Of a stretch of DNA of 63,337 nucleotides, positions 50,162 to 63,337 are shown in pieces (the first letter of the stretch is position 1; each line of letters opens with the position of its first letter). The stretch is from positions 3,522,302 to 3,585,638 of the forward strand of contig BFEA01000004.1 in the NCBI GenBank assembly GCA_003427395.1, given 5' to 3'. The stretch is from Chara braunii. Lineage: Eukaryota; Plantae; Charophyceae. The translations under genes and the position numbers were made by a program. The notes below the pieces were generated by a model, which worked only from the letters and a program-made list of their open reading frames with translations, was not told the origin of the DNA and did not search any database.

Positions 50162-51122
50162 NNNNNNNNNNNNNNNNNNNNNNNNNNNNNNNNNNNNNNN
50201 NNNNNNNNNNNNNNNNNNNNNNNNNNNNNNNNNNNNNNNNNNNNNNNNNNNNNNNNNNNNNNNNNNNNNNNNNNNNNNNNNNNNNNNNNNNNNNNNNNNN
50301 NNNNNNNNNNNNNNNNNNNNNNNNNNNNNNNNNNNNNNNNNNNNNNNNNNNNNNNNNNNNNNNNNNNNNNNNNNNNNNNNNNNNNNNNNNNNNNNNNNNN
50401 NNNNNNNNNNNNNNNNNNNNNNNNNNNNNNNNNNNNNNNNNNNNNNNNNNNNNNNNNNNNNNNNNNNNNNNNNNNNNNNNNNNNNNNNNNNNNNNNNNNN
50501 NNNNNNNNNNNNNNNNNNNNNNNNNNNNNNNNNNNNNNNNNNNNNNNNNNNNNNNNNNNNNNNNNNNNNNNNNNNNNNNNNNNNNNNNNNNNNNNNNNNN
50601 NNNNNNNNNNNNNNNNNNNNNNNNNNNNNNNNNNNNNNNNNNNNNNNNNNNNNNNNNNNNNNNNNNNNNNNNNNNNNNNNNNNNNNNNNNNNNNNNNNNN
50701 NNNNNNNNNNNNNNNNNNNNNNNNNNNNNNNNNNNNNNNNNNNNNNNNNNNNNNNNNNNNNNNNNNNNNNNNNNNNNNNNNNNNNNNNNNNNNNNNNNNN
50801 NNNNNNNNNNNNNNNNNNNNNNNNNNNNNNNNNNNNNNNNNNNNNNNNNNNNNNNNNNNNNNNNNNNNNNNNNNNNNNNNNNNNNNNNNNNNNNNNNNNN
50901 NNNNNNNNNNNNNNNNNNNNNNNNNNNNNNNNNNNNNNNNNNNNNNNNNNNNNNNNNNNNNNNNNNNNNNNNNNNNNNNNNNNNNNNNNNNNNNNNNNNN
51001 NNNNNNNNNNNNNNNNNNNNNNNNNNNNNNNNNNNNNNNNNNNNNNNNNNNNNNNNNNNNNNNNNNNNNNNNNNNNNNNNNNNNNNNNNNNNNNNNNNNN
51101 NNNNNNNNNNNNNNNNNNNNNN
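50162..51122. other. Assembly gap flanked by (CA)n
   Basis: Run of N. Confidence 1.
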
Positions 51123-51202
<80 letters not shown>

Positions 51203-53827
51203 TGGGACGTGTGCGTTGCATGGCCGATGCGCTCGCTTTTTGTGCCTTGCCACACCCTCGGCACTTACTTTTTTTTGGCGTGGCGCTCGCTTCTCACGCC
51301 CTGCCCCCCTGCCGCTTTCCCCGCATGGGACCCCACTCAGCGCGGCGCTTGCTTTTTGCGCCCCCTGCGCAGCTTCCCCCATGGGCCCGGCATCGGTTCC
51401 GGTCCTGTCCCTCAGTGGCCACACCCGGCGGCTGTGCCCTGCCAACGGTTTCTCGTGGGCCCACGCCGGCGTGTGTCGGTGGGACCTTTGTAACTTTGAA
51501 GTGTATAGGGAAGACAGGAAAGATGCAATGCAACCTGCAGAGCACTTTGGCCAAGTATTCAATCGAACGTTGTTTTCTCAAGTTGAAAACAAAGTGGCGA
51601 ACGGTTGCGTAACGCGTGGGAATCCACCAAACAGTTTGGGTCAGACACTCCAAATGATGAACCTGCGCAACGCAAAGCTTTGTCGAAGATCCATGCCATA
51701 TTTCTAGTTGAAAGCGAAAGGTAGGAATGCTTGTGGTCATGCACACGCAAGCCTTGCTGCCTCCGAGGAACCTCGTGTAGAAGTCTCTTTCTTTAGGGTG
51801 GGGTGATTGAAACAACGCCAGAGGGCTCCCGTTAAAATCCAATGGCACCTTTCGTACACTCGTTGGCCACGTTTCCGTTACTTAGTTTTGCCTACTAAGC
51901 AACACACTTTGCAGTTGGCAACAGGCCTCTTACAGTTGATAGGAGCCTTTTTTTATTTAATTAATGCTTAAAGAGCTCTCGACTCAGGATGCCTATCCTT
52001 GGGGCGGGTGTAGGATGGAGACATTTTATCTGCTGTCGACAGGTCCAGACATCCAGAAGCAACCTGTTTTGTGCGCATGTTCACCACGTGATGATATGTT
52101 ACCAAGTTCTCTCCGCAGTTAATAGCGTTTCTGATCACTGTGAAACATATTATTGTCTGGTTTGTGCATCCCAGTTCCAGAGACTCTTTGTTTACACTCT
52201 TTGCAAACACTATGCTTGCGTGACCGTGTTGGAGCCAGCACTGTGGCTCCTTTGACACGTTTTGCAGTTTTTTTCTGTTGACAGAGCCCTCGGCTAAATA
52301 GTATGATTACACGACTTCCCTGATTCCTTTCCAATCACTTTCAGATAGATGGGATCTTGCAAACACTATGCTTGTGTACGGTGCATACAAAGAGAGAAGA
52401 CTGTGGCTTAACTGTGGAGTGCTTGTTGGTATATGTGTAGAATCTGGCTGGGTTACAAGTGCCATTGCGGGATGGCTGTCTTTCGTAGAAAACGGATGAT
52501 GTGGATGAAGATAGTGTCTTTTGTGTGCTTAGGCCCGAAGTGATTTTCTGCACGCTGCTAATCTGTGTGGAAGATGCGCCGCCCTTACTGCCGCCATAGT
52601 CAGCTGATCTGTATTGTGCAGGGAATCAGATTTTGTTGAAGATAGCGAGTATATTTGTGTGCTTTTAGGTACAGCATGACTCCTGTATGGGCCAGAGCTC
52701 CTCGTGTGATGTCAGGGCTAGTCTTAGGCAAATTGTCTGTAGAAGACAGGTATGCCATGGCTCTTAACCCGTTCCTGTCATCTTGTTGCAGGACTCAACC
52801 AATCCCATAAGTGGTTGCATCCACGGTCCATACAGCTGGTAGTGCTGGGTCTGCGATCTGTAGGACTGGCACTTGGAACCAAGCCTCCAGCTTCTTCAGG
52901 GTTTGCAATCAGCTTCACAGTCTTAGTCAGGTTAGTAAACTGCGGTGCCATTTTCTGTTCAAAACTGGTGGACGTGCTGTTGTAGTGGACAATTCCTAAT
53001 CACTCAATTCTGATCACTGTGTGATTCAGTCTCGTAAGAGCCTGCGATATCATCTCTACTGGCTGCTATTTGTCTCCTATCGCGATATTATGGATAACAG
53101 AGAGTGGTGGAAGGCTGGGCCGAAGACTTCTGATTATTCAAATTTTGCGTGAGACTGGCTCTTTGTCCCTAAGGTCCTGCCTGCCTCCTGTTTTCTTCTC
53201 TCCTTAGGCGGCTGCATGCCCCTCTTGAGGCCCTCTGTGCTGGTGAGCCCACTGCTTTGGGGTGCTCAAGACTTGGGCTGAAAATGTTGAACACGAAGGT
53301 GAACTGACCTGCAAGTGCAGTTGATGGAAGATCAGGGAAGTGTGGCCACAATCCGCACATGACGACTGTTCACAGGGATGGTTTTCGTAGTGTAATGGAC
53401 CAAACTTCAGAAACTCACAATCAAATCACACATGAATTAGTGAGGCTGGAGTCGATGATAACAACCGGATTGAGATAACGGAATTGATATAGCAATGAAC
53501 GGCAAAACTGAAGAAGAAGAGCAAGAGCATGGAAGTGTAGACAAGGATTACAATGTTCGAGTTGCTTCTCCCTCTTCTTCCTTGGGACTCCTCTCGCCAC
53601 CGTAATGCATCCTCTATCTACTGTCTTGCTTCTCCCCAGTCCGTCACCGCCAAACTACACATGATGTCACTCTTCAAGCCAGTCTCTCTCTAGCGCTGGC
53701 CTATGCAAGGGTAGCACAGTAATGCTGGTAAGTGGCAGTGCCTCTCATTTGAAGTAGCATCGAGCCACCTTCTTCAATCATCACCACATTGCCACCCTGA
53801 ACCTGTGGTGACCTCATCAGCACCTGT

Positions 53828-53913
<86 letters not shown>

Positions 53914-55749
53914 TTTGCACATTGGAATCAGATTGTCGGTATTTCAATGGGAACTAGTGCTTGCCCAGAGATTTTAAATCTGATGCTTTATTGGGATGAA
54001 GTGCATTTTGTTGATGATGTTTATCAGGATGATCCTCAAGCTGCTCAGGGCCTCATTGATGATGAGCTTTCATGGTGGCAAGTACCCCCTCCACCAGGGC
54101 ACTACAGCCTTGAGTTGTAGGAAATTGCAGCATCAGATGGCCCCTGTACCTGTTCGGGTATGCATATATGGGTCTGTTTTGATGGCTCTGCCTAGGGCTT
54201 CTCTGCATTTATTATCCAAGTGCAACCTCCAACATATTTTCCCATCAACCACCTGGTGCGTTCACAAGGCAATTGACCAAATTTGAAAAGATCTGTAACA
54301 ATTGGCGGGACTCTTGAACTGCGCAATCAACACTTACTCGCCGCATGCTTTCTTGTGGCATCTCCCATCAACGCCACTATCTTACACATGTGACGCCTCT
54401 CTCTCAGTGGTTCTGACGCATGCTTTAAGTGGTCCCTGTATCATGATTTTTGATTTGCCCTCATGAAGCTCTTGTCCTGCTACTGCTTGTTCATCTGCTG
54501 CTGCTGCAATTTCTACTGCCGCAGTTTCCACTACTACGGTGTCCGTTGCCGCGGTTTCCACTGCTGCAGTTTCCACAGCCGGAGTTTGCCCTACTGTGTT
54601 TTTCGCTGCTACGACTTACTCTGCTGCAGTTCTAGTGCAGAGAACATCACAGTGTCTCCGACATTCATGTTCTTTATTTTGAACTCTTGCCCAATCAATC
54701 TTTCTGTGCTTGGGTGCAGACAGCTGCGTTCCTCCTTGCCACCCCCGTCTCCTCCAGTGTCTCACTTGCAAACAGACTCTCTTTTTCCCATTGCTCCACC
54801 CTCGTCGCTGGAGACACGCTCATCTCCACTTTGTCACACCACGATGACTCTTATTGTGTATCCTTGACGCCATGTACCACTTTGTCGCTCGTTCAGGGAT
54901 CAGCAGCCTGTTCCTTGGTTTGCCCCGATTCTCTCTGTGCCCGCTCCACAGGTTATTGCTGTTCCTTTGTTCCAAATGACAATATCCGCGCCTATACCGA
55001 CCGTCCGGCTTCCTGTTGGTAGCCATGAGGCTGTGTTTTATGCCCTACAGCATTGGATATTCACCAGCCACTTCCAGAGCAGGATATGGTCCCTACCCAG
55101 GTTACACTCCCACTTCAAGGGGCAGTCCCCACTCAGGATGCAGCCCCAAATGTCCTGAGATTACGACATGATTTGCCCAAATTGCAAATTGTCCCACAAG
55201 GTGTATAGAGTACAATGGTGATCTGCGAATGGCTGACCAGCATCATTTGGCTGATCTGCCAATTGCCCCTCGAAGGCGTAGACCACATGTGTCATCTGCA
55301 TGACTGACCAGCAAACATCCCATGACATCTTGGGATTGCAACACCATGTGGGTGATCCACAATTGTTGGCTAGCATCTGGCACAACAGCTTGAGATCCTC
55401 CCCAGTCTCTGTGGTCTGGCTGTGAACTAATATTTCTCTGAACATTCTCCACCACGTGGTTTATACAGTGTCGGACTTTCTTGCAATTGCCCTTCAGCTT
55501 GATGTGGATCTTCCCTGCCTACAGGCTGAGGATGGTAATAATACCAGACAAGGCGGCTTCGCAATTGCAGTCCTACGAGCTTTGCAAATGCAGTCATACA
55601 AGTAGCATTGAGGGCCCACCGGCTTGACCTATGCAATGCTCAAGTAGGCGAGTGGTATTATCCTCCATCCCACATTGTGGCCTGCATTGTACGGGGCCTG
55701 GCCATTACATGGCTATTGTACATGCCCCTGACCACTGGGAGCTGTAGGA

Positions 55750-58350
55750 CAATGGCACCATGCTCCATGTTGTAACAGATGTTGCTGATTTCTTACCTAA
55801 CCATGCTGTTTTCTTGCCTCAGCAAAACGTTTGCACACTCCTTTATGTAGAATATCGTTTCTCTGCCCGTGCCGCAGCAGGACAATGTATCAAAATTCTT
55901 GGACCTTGTCCCTTGCACAGCTACAAACACTGTTACATGGCTGCAGTCTTCGTCGTCTGTGTCACAATCACTACAATGAAGTGGTTTCTGCATCCACGTG
56001 TGTGGACTGTCCCTCCGTTCCTGGCAGCAAGCACCCTCTGCATCCGCACGTATATGTCCATTTTGCGGTCATGGGCATTAATACAGAATGCATGGTCTTT
56101 TCTCGTGCCCGTTCCTCTTCCATGCTGGGCTGCAATTGACATGTCGAGAGTTTTTGGTGGGCATGCTCAATGCCATCTGTCATGGCAATTGTTGTACTGA
56201 GAATGCTCAGCTAGGTCGTCATCCATCTCCTCCTTACAAGGTATGTCCTTTCTGTCGTCCAAGGCAGACATTCCTGAGCCTGCTCTGATCCTTTCCTATG
56301 CTTTCATCTGCATTTCATACTCCTTACTACCCCTTAATTGCTTCCTTGACTTGATCCTTTGCTTCGTCTTCTGTCCATCTTTTCACCTGTTTATTCCCTC
56401 TCTCTTTACTCTTGCCTTTTTTTTAAAAGTGTACGAGTGGGCCATTCTGGCACACGGGGATGCAGGCATGTCATGCTGAAGTTCACCAATGGGGCGAGCC
56501 TTGTACGTAAGAGACAGAGTAAAGTGGGAGCTTAAAGAGGAAATAATCAAAGAGGCAACAGTAAGGAAAGAAAACGAAGGACTGTGTACAAAGAGGCAAA
56601 AGCACGGTTTCAGTGTGCTCTTCATGTTTGTCTTCTGTATTTTTATTGTTAGTTTCGCAAAGTGCGCTTTTTTGGCTCTTTTAGTTGATAGACATGTGAC
56701 AACATGTGTACCACAAGCACCAACTGAATGGAGTTTCGGAAGATGAGTGCCGGTCTCTCTCCTTCTCTTAGAGTCTTCAGGTAGCCATGGCTACCAGCCA
56801 ACAGGTAAGCTTTGTCTTCCTTCTTGCCAACCCTTCTTCGATGGTTACCTCCTCCTTCCAATCTCCACAGTAGGCCTTCCTCCGTAAGATGCAATACTTT
56901 ACCAATCAGCTCCATCAGCTTTAAACCACCACTTCCTTTCAGAGGCAAAGGCTAAGTCAAAAATATAAGGTATAGGTATACCGCATTCTTTGGAAGCCAG
57001 GCCCCACCGTACCAAAATGGCTGGCGGCCCCAGGCAAAACAAACGAAAAACAGCTGCGCTGGCGCTTTGACAAAGCTTGGCGCGCAGTGCTTCTCTGCAG
57101 GTAAGCACTCTCCAGTTAAGATTCCTAGTCCCCAACCCTTGGACTCTACCTCATATCTCTCCCCTTCTCTCACTCTCATGTATGGTGCATCAGCACACCC
57201 TACTGGTTACGGCTACGGCTCTCTCTCTCTCTAGCTATGGCAGCCTCACACTCTGTTTCTGCCTTCTTCTCTCCACACTCCAGGGCACTGGGTCCTAGCA
57301 GCACTCCAACAAGTCCAAGTCAGGATGAATGAACGAGCTGTGGCAGGCTCAGTCTTTGTATTTTTGTCTCGACTAAGTCTGCCTCTAATTGCCTCCTTGG
57401 ATGGCTGATATCCCACGATCTGTGTGGCCAGCAATTTGTCGTGCCTGGACCCAGCAGGCCTTGGAAGCTTCTGGAAACTGTTACTGAGCCTTCGGATTGT
57501 TTGTGATCTCTGGTGTTGTTGGCTCTGGGGATATCGTTGACTCATTGACTTCTGTGCCCACGTTGAATTTCCTCGGGCCTGAGTTGACCTTTTCTGGCCC
57601 TGTACAGCTCGTTTTGGCCTCGGCTCGCAGCCCTACCGACTAACGCCTTCTCAGACACGTTCTGAGGCCCAGTAGAGTGATCTTTAACCCGAGAAATTGG
57701 ACTTCAGCCATGGCCCAAAAAACTCGTTTGCATGCTCATTCAACCTCATTTCTGGCTGGGTCCCAGCGCAATTTTGCAATGTTCTCTATCCAAGGCTGGA
57801 CTGAACATTTTCTACCGGTCTGAGGGCCATTTGACTGATTCCTGGGCCCTGCAGACCTGTTTGGGAGGACGTTTGTTGTCTCAGACTTCAAAAGGATGTC
57901 TTGATACTGGATTTTAAGCCCAGAAGTCTAAACACGAGATAAATCCTGACCATAGATTCGGATGTAGTAGTTCGTTGTTGTGCTTCTGAACCCAGTACGA
58001 AAAGATGAGGAGGAGCTGGGCACATACGTTGCCTTTGCATGTTTGCTTCATGTGAGCCAATCAAGAAAACATAATACATTCCATTTAGGTTTTGTGACCT
58101 CCTGCCCCTGATGCTCAGGTTAACCTGAACTCCGTTGTTGGGAGATGTGGAGGATGAGGCAGAGAAAGCCTTGGGATATCTTTATCTTTCAGGCCAGACT
58201 CCAGAGCTAGTATTGTTTTCTTGTACATTCCGAGTAGTGCCAAAACCCGTGCTCATTCTGTTGAAATGTCGTCTCAGGGGAAGGGTGGAGGAGTGGGAAA
58301 GGTCTAGGTGGGTGTGATGGTGGCTCAGAGGGCCTATCATCCTGAAAGTT
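55750..58350 (-). mobile_element. Decayed L1-clade LINE ORF2 remnant, antisense in the intron
   Basis: Peptide fragments in the expected order: endonuclease-end-like PLSHHHTHLDL (about 58300-58330), GERY..LGIL (about 57120-57165), LPLKGSGGLKLMEL (about 56910-56950), zinc-knuckle-like CSDCDTDDEDCSHV (about 55935-55975). Confidence 0.55.
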
Positions 58351-58523
58351 TGAGAAAGTGGGGAGGATCGCACACCAGTTCATCAGTTTAGTAGGTTCAA
58401 CATATGGTTTTGCTTTCCCTCTTTGCTGACTTAGTACTGCATGGTTTTGATTCCCCTGTTTGCTGCAGTTGAAAATTTCTCTCTGGCATTGCGTTGTGGG
58501 TCCCTCACCATTAAAAAAAATTG

Positions 58524-58583
<60 letters not shown>

Positions 58584-58802
58584 GAGAGGAGGGAGTTGTG
58601 AATATATGTGATGGAGAGAGGGAGATGGGAGGTTATCAGTGTGAATGGGGAGATTGCTACGGCTTTGTGATGTGACAGGTGTTTTCAAGCGAGCAAGGAG
58701 ATCACTGCTGCTTTGTGATGTGGATTCCAATAGAAGATGGGTCTCCACTGTTGAATTCGTTGTCAGCACCTTCTTCACGTATGACTATGTTTCAATGTGC
58801 AG

Positions 58803-58889
58803 GCAATCACAGCGCTCAAGAAGGGTGCGACCCTGTTAAAATACGGGAGAAGGGGGAAGCCAAAGTTCTGTCCGTTTAAGCTCTCAGCT
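58803..58889 (+). CDS. PRAF: PRAF/RLD-family protein, coding exon 2 (PH domain start)
   Basis: tgcAG|AITALKKGATLLKYGRRGKPKFCPFKLSA|GTAAGT; phase 0/0; hallmark LLKYGRRGKPKFCPF motif. Confidence 0.95.
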
Positions 58890-61346
58890 GTAAGTTGTCG
58901 GTGATAATCTCCTGACTGAATACTTCGAAGGTCAACACACGATTTCGCTGTGTTCTAAACCGTTTTCCACATTTCTTCTGGGAGTACAGCTGGCTTTTGC
59001 AAATTTATTGTATTCTCTGGAGCCGTTCACTGGCTGGAAACCATTGGTCAAGGGCGCTGAGTTGTCCGCACTCATGCATGTCAGATTTATATGTTGGGGT
59101 GCTGCTGTGGCCATCTTTCCATGGATGTAACACTCCATGATATATATCTGTAAACGACTGGTACAGGCAGCTTGTATACATTGATGATGATTGGGCATTG
59201 CATTAGAAGGCTGTCCTCCAGCAACTGCCGATGGAAAATCCTGTTGGGGCAGCGGTAGCTGCGGATCATGTGATGGGCCTGTCCCGATCATCTTTCCATG
59301 GATGCAATGCGCACTTTTTTTATGTCTTTAATGGAATGTGAGCAGACACCCTGAACACACTGATGCTTATGGGGCATGGCATCTGAGGTAACAGTAGGGT
59401 TGTTCTCCTCAAGCTGGCAAGCAATGGGAGCTAAGTATGTGAAATCGTGTTGGGTCAACAGTAGGTGCACATCACTGAGTAGGCCCGTAAGGTATCAATC
59501 ATTGCCATGTCAGGTCGGGGATGCCCAATTCTGAGCTGAAAAAAGTTATCTATTTGCAATCTTCCTCAGCACTAGCTACGATTTTGAGGCAGACCCTGAG
59601 CCAAATGATGTTTTTGTCTTGTACAATGCTTCGTTAGAGTTTTTGACAAACTGGGGCATTTCGAAAACTTAAAAATGCGCAAGGTGTTAGACAGGTATCT
59701 GCGCATCTGATAGCATGCTTTACAGAGATTCTGCAGGTGACCGCCGAGATGTTTGGATCATAACCACGGTTTTGAATTTGTACGTTCGCATAGGGCCAGT
59801 ATGTTTATGTTCATGTGGTTCTCTTTCCTTTCAGTTTTGGGGATAGTGAAAGAGAGTATCTGGAGATGCTTAGTATCAATGCAAAAAGGTGAAAACGATT
59901 GTTGGATTTGCTACGGAACGGTTCTTCTCAAAGAGTTTTGCAACAATCTTATTGTACTGTGAATGCTGACTCTTTGTTGGTGGCACCTCTCATCATGTTC
60001 AAACGTTTGGCAAGTGGGGGCGTACTCCATGCTCCACAAGTGGTTAAAATTTAACGGGCATGAGGATGACCCATATTGTTAATGCTGTGCATAACTTCCA
60101 TCATGGCATTGTGTAGGGTTTTTAGTAATAAGGAAGATGAGCTGGAGCCCACCTTCCAAACAGCTGTTGTAGAACACCGCAGTTGCAGTGGATGCTTTCC
60201 CTACGAGCCCAACAGTGCATTTCAATTAGTATTGTTTCCTTGAGACTGAACTTTTGCAGCTATCCTTTGACGAGTTATACTACCGTCTTTCCCCAGATAG
60301 ACTGATCTAGACTGAAGTTAGGCGAAATGCAGACATAATTACTGCATGTTCTATTCGGAGGTAACTATAGCTCAGCACGTCTTCCTTACTCGCGTTTAAC
60401 AAAATGCTGATCCTGTGTGAAGCTCCCATGTGAGACCATGGCCGCTGTGTTGGGAAAATGGTTGCTGGGCCCAAAAGAACAGCGAACCTCGCATGGGACA
60501 TGATCCGAGGTGTGGGTCAGGGTGTTGTAGGCTTCTTTTTTCCCTGGGGCCTGTCGGTGGCGGGCGAACCGGTGGGAGAGGAGAGCGGTCCCATATGACA
60601 ATCTCTCTGGAGGGTGGGAGGGGTACATCCCACACGTCGGCAACGGTGACGGTGAGGAGGTTGACCATTGTGGAAGAGGAAGAGGAGGATGGAGCACGAC
60701 GAACAACATGGAGGTGGGAGGAGCAGTAGGGAGGACAAGGATGATGCGGATAAGGGAGGAGGATAGAAGATGCAGGTTAAGATGATGGAGGAGGATATAG
60801 GGCGAGTCCCATCATTCAGCCCTAACCCCACTTCTCTCCTAATATCTATGGCTATGGCGGAACATCCAGACTCGTCGCGGATGTTCAAACACAAACGCTA
60901 CTACGCGAGTCCCATCATATTCCCGCCATAGCCACACTCTTGGAAGATGTCCAAGACCAACCAGGACCCAAACTGGGGCCTTCTTGATGCAGCAACAACC
61001 AAGGAAGCAAGGATGATTCTATGCGATTGTAAATTTGCATCATCTCATGCAAATCGATTAATCAATGAATTGATCGATCACTCGTTAACTGACATTTCAT
61101 CATCATCAGGGCACCAGGATGAATCATTGCAAGTCTCGCCACCAAGTGCTTAAGTGTGGAGAAGTGCTTAAGTGTGGAGAACAACGGAAGGAGGGAAGAA
61201 AATGGGACATGCCGTGAAAGAGAAAGCAATGAAGTATATGCTGTAGAAGAAAGTGAGAAAAAATAGTGAGAAAGAAAAGGAAGCGGGATGCGAACATGAA
61301 TCAATTTGATAACTCCTCTCTTCCTCTCGCATGGTTTGTGTTTCAG

Positions 61347-61436
61347 GATGAAACTGAACTGATATGGTATTCAGGGCCTCAAGAGAAGACGTTAAAACTC
61401 AAATCGGTCACCTCAATTCTTCATGGTCAGCGTACG
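61347..61436 (+). CDS. PRAF: PRAF/RLD-family protein, coding exon 3 (PH domain); the gene continues beyond the window
   Basis: tttcAG|DETELIWYSGPQEKTLKLKSVTSILHGQRT|GTACGT; matches the family pattern DE..LIWYSG.EEK.LKL..V..I.PGQRT. Confidence 0.95.
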
Positions 61437-63337
61437 GTACGTGCTTTTGATTGCCTGTTGTCGCATTCTGGTTTGTAGAAAAGAACCGAAGCCCCTAGAC
61501 ATCAGTGATTGCCTCCACAAAAAGCCCTCTGAACGGAGGAATCGATAAGTTTTGAATATGGAATATCGTTGCTACTTGCATTTCTGCTATCTGACCTTCT
61601 GCTCCTACGATGACATAACAATCTGTAGGCTCTTCAGAAAACCTATGCCTGAGTCAGAAGGTTGAGTTCAACCATGTAAAAACATCTAGCCCATGGGCAG
61701 CTCTTGCCGATGTGCGCCGTGTACGGTGTGGGCAACTATCTCGAAACTGGTCTGCAGTTTTGTTGTGCTGTTGGAGACGTCTCATTGTTTGGGAGTGCAT
61801 TTGGCTTGAGTGAAACTTGGAGGAACTCCTTGTTCAGTTGTTTGTGTTTTTGAGACATTTCCGACTCTCATTTCTTTGAAATGCTTGTGGGATTCAGACC
61901 CCCTTCATTGGCCTGTCGAATACTAATCATGGAGCAAATGCACTAGACCCTAAGAGACAACATTGTGATTGCTCATCTGCTATGTGTGTACGCAATCACT
62001 GATCTGCCGTCTGGGTATGGAATGAGGTTCTGTTTTCCACAACAAGTTTCCTTCACATCGCTATGAGATGAGCGAATACATAGGGAGAGACATGATGATT
62101 GTTTTTGTTTGTTTACAAAACGTCATGAATGCTCCTGGAGACCCGCTTATGGCCATAGCTTGACGTGCTATCTTGAGGTATTCGAACAGTGGATCACTTT
62201 CTTTTAAAGACTTTAATGATCAGTGGATACGCCATTGGATTTTTTTGGGTATGTGGTCGTCTTTGTTAACAATAAAAAAGGCACCATGTACCTATAAAAC
62301 CCACTTATGGCCATGGCTTGACGTGCTATCGTTGTGTGGCCCAATGGTTGATCAGTGGATATTTTCCCATGCAGTAGTATTGTTGAAAGGAGAAGCTTCT
62401 GTTAGCGATGTGGGTGATTACAGTTGTAGCATTTTGGCTCACTAGGAAAGCAATAGGGATGTCTGTAAGTTATCCCAATGATGCTTTTAAACCATGACTT
62501 CCTCCGGGACCTGATGTGCAAAAGGAAATAGGTTTTTTGAGGCCAGCTAAAGGACTGGTTTCCAGCAGTCCAGTTATGGGCGTCCTTTGCAAGTTTGCTC
62601 TCATCTGAACGTTCTTGCCCTGTACCAGACCTTCGATGAATGAGCCAAGTTCAAGATTCCGGGTGCTGTCAACACCTTACTGACCTCAGAAACTGATGAC
62701 ACTGATTCTAAAACTGTTACATGCTGCGCCTGCACACGAGGGCCATTTTCCAGGCCCTGCGTCCCTCAGGCTGAAAGCCTGACTGAAAGCCTGAAATTCA
62801 GGCTTAAAACCTGAAAACCAGGGCCTACAGGCCCCGTGACTGTTCAGCCCGAAAGCCTGAAAACAGGGGTCTACAGTCCCTGTGTCGTTTCAGACTAAAA
62901 ATGGCAACAGCCTTTTTAGCCTGAAATGAAGGGCCATTTTCGGTCGTTCATCAGGCACCGAACCAGGGTTTCAGGAACAGGCTATTCTTAGCCTGTTCCC
63001 CACGCCAGCCTCAGAAGCTGCTGCAGCGCCAGTCCCTGGCACACTTCGGCATTGGCAAGAGCAGCCTGCTCGGCCTGACTCGCCCTTCAGGCAGTCAGGA
63101 GGCAGGCCGAGGTAGTACATAGGGACTTCCCATGCACTTCACGGGTAGGCAGGAGGGAGTAGTAGTCTTCAGGATTCGGCAGCAGCACTCTGGAGGGAGT
63201 GCTGCAGGAGTAGTAGTAGCGTTAGCCTTAGTCTTCAGCGCTGGGCGCAGTAGGTATCTGTAGTCTCCAGCGCTGGGCGCCATAGCTAGGATAGCACTAG
63301 AGAGAGAGAGATTGGGACGAGGCCTTGGGTATCTACC

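Noticed and set aside
50053-51707. Longest ORFs (372-543 aa)
   Set aside because: They span the N gap and (CA)n repeats.

Overview
Repeat-rich eukaryotic nuclear DNA with three assembly gaps. The gene family, very long TE-filled introns and the repeat landscape fit a streptophyte alga or plant (Chara-like); this is inference. The left 24 kb is an old minus-strand Ty3/Gypsy-type LTR retroelement. It has two ~5-kb diverged LTRs (403-~5115 and 18755-~24332), a tRNA-Asp primer-binding site, a decayed gag with an extra upstream ORF, and no pol that I could recognise. Each LTR holds a 10-unit array that looks CRISPR-like: hairpins with a constant 20-nt core and unit-specific, self-complementary arms. 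The interior holds two head-to-head composites of a tRNA-like head, a 28S-rRNA-derived segment and a purine-rich tail, which form a long diverged inverted repeat. The middle of the window is MITEs (hAT-like, piggyBac-like), tandem repeats and microsatellites. The right part has the first three coding exons (PH domain) of a PRAF/RLD-family gene (PH-RCC1-FYVE-BRX), none fully captured by the ORF track. Its 11.7-kb first coding intron contains a U6 snRNA copy and a decayed antisense L1-like LINE. All alignments were made by eye; no searches were run.
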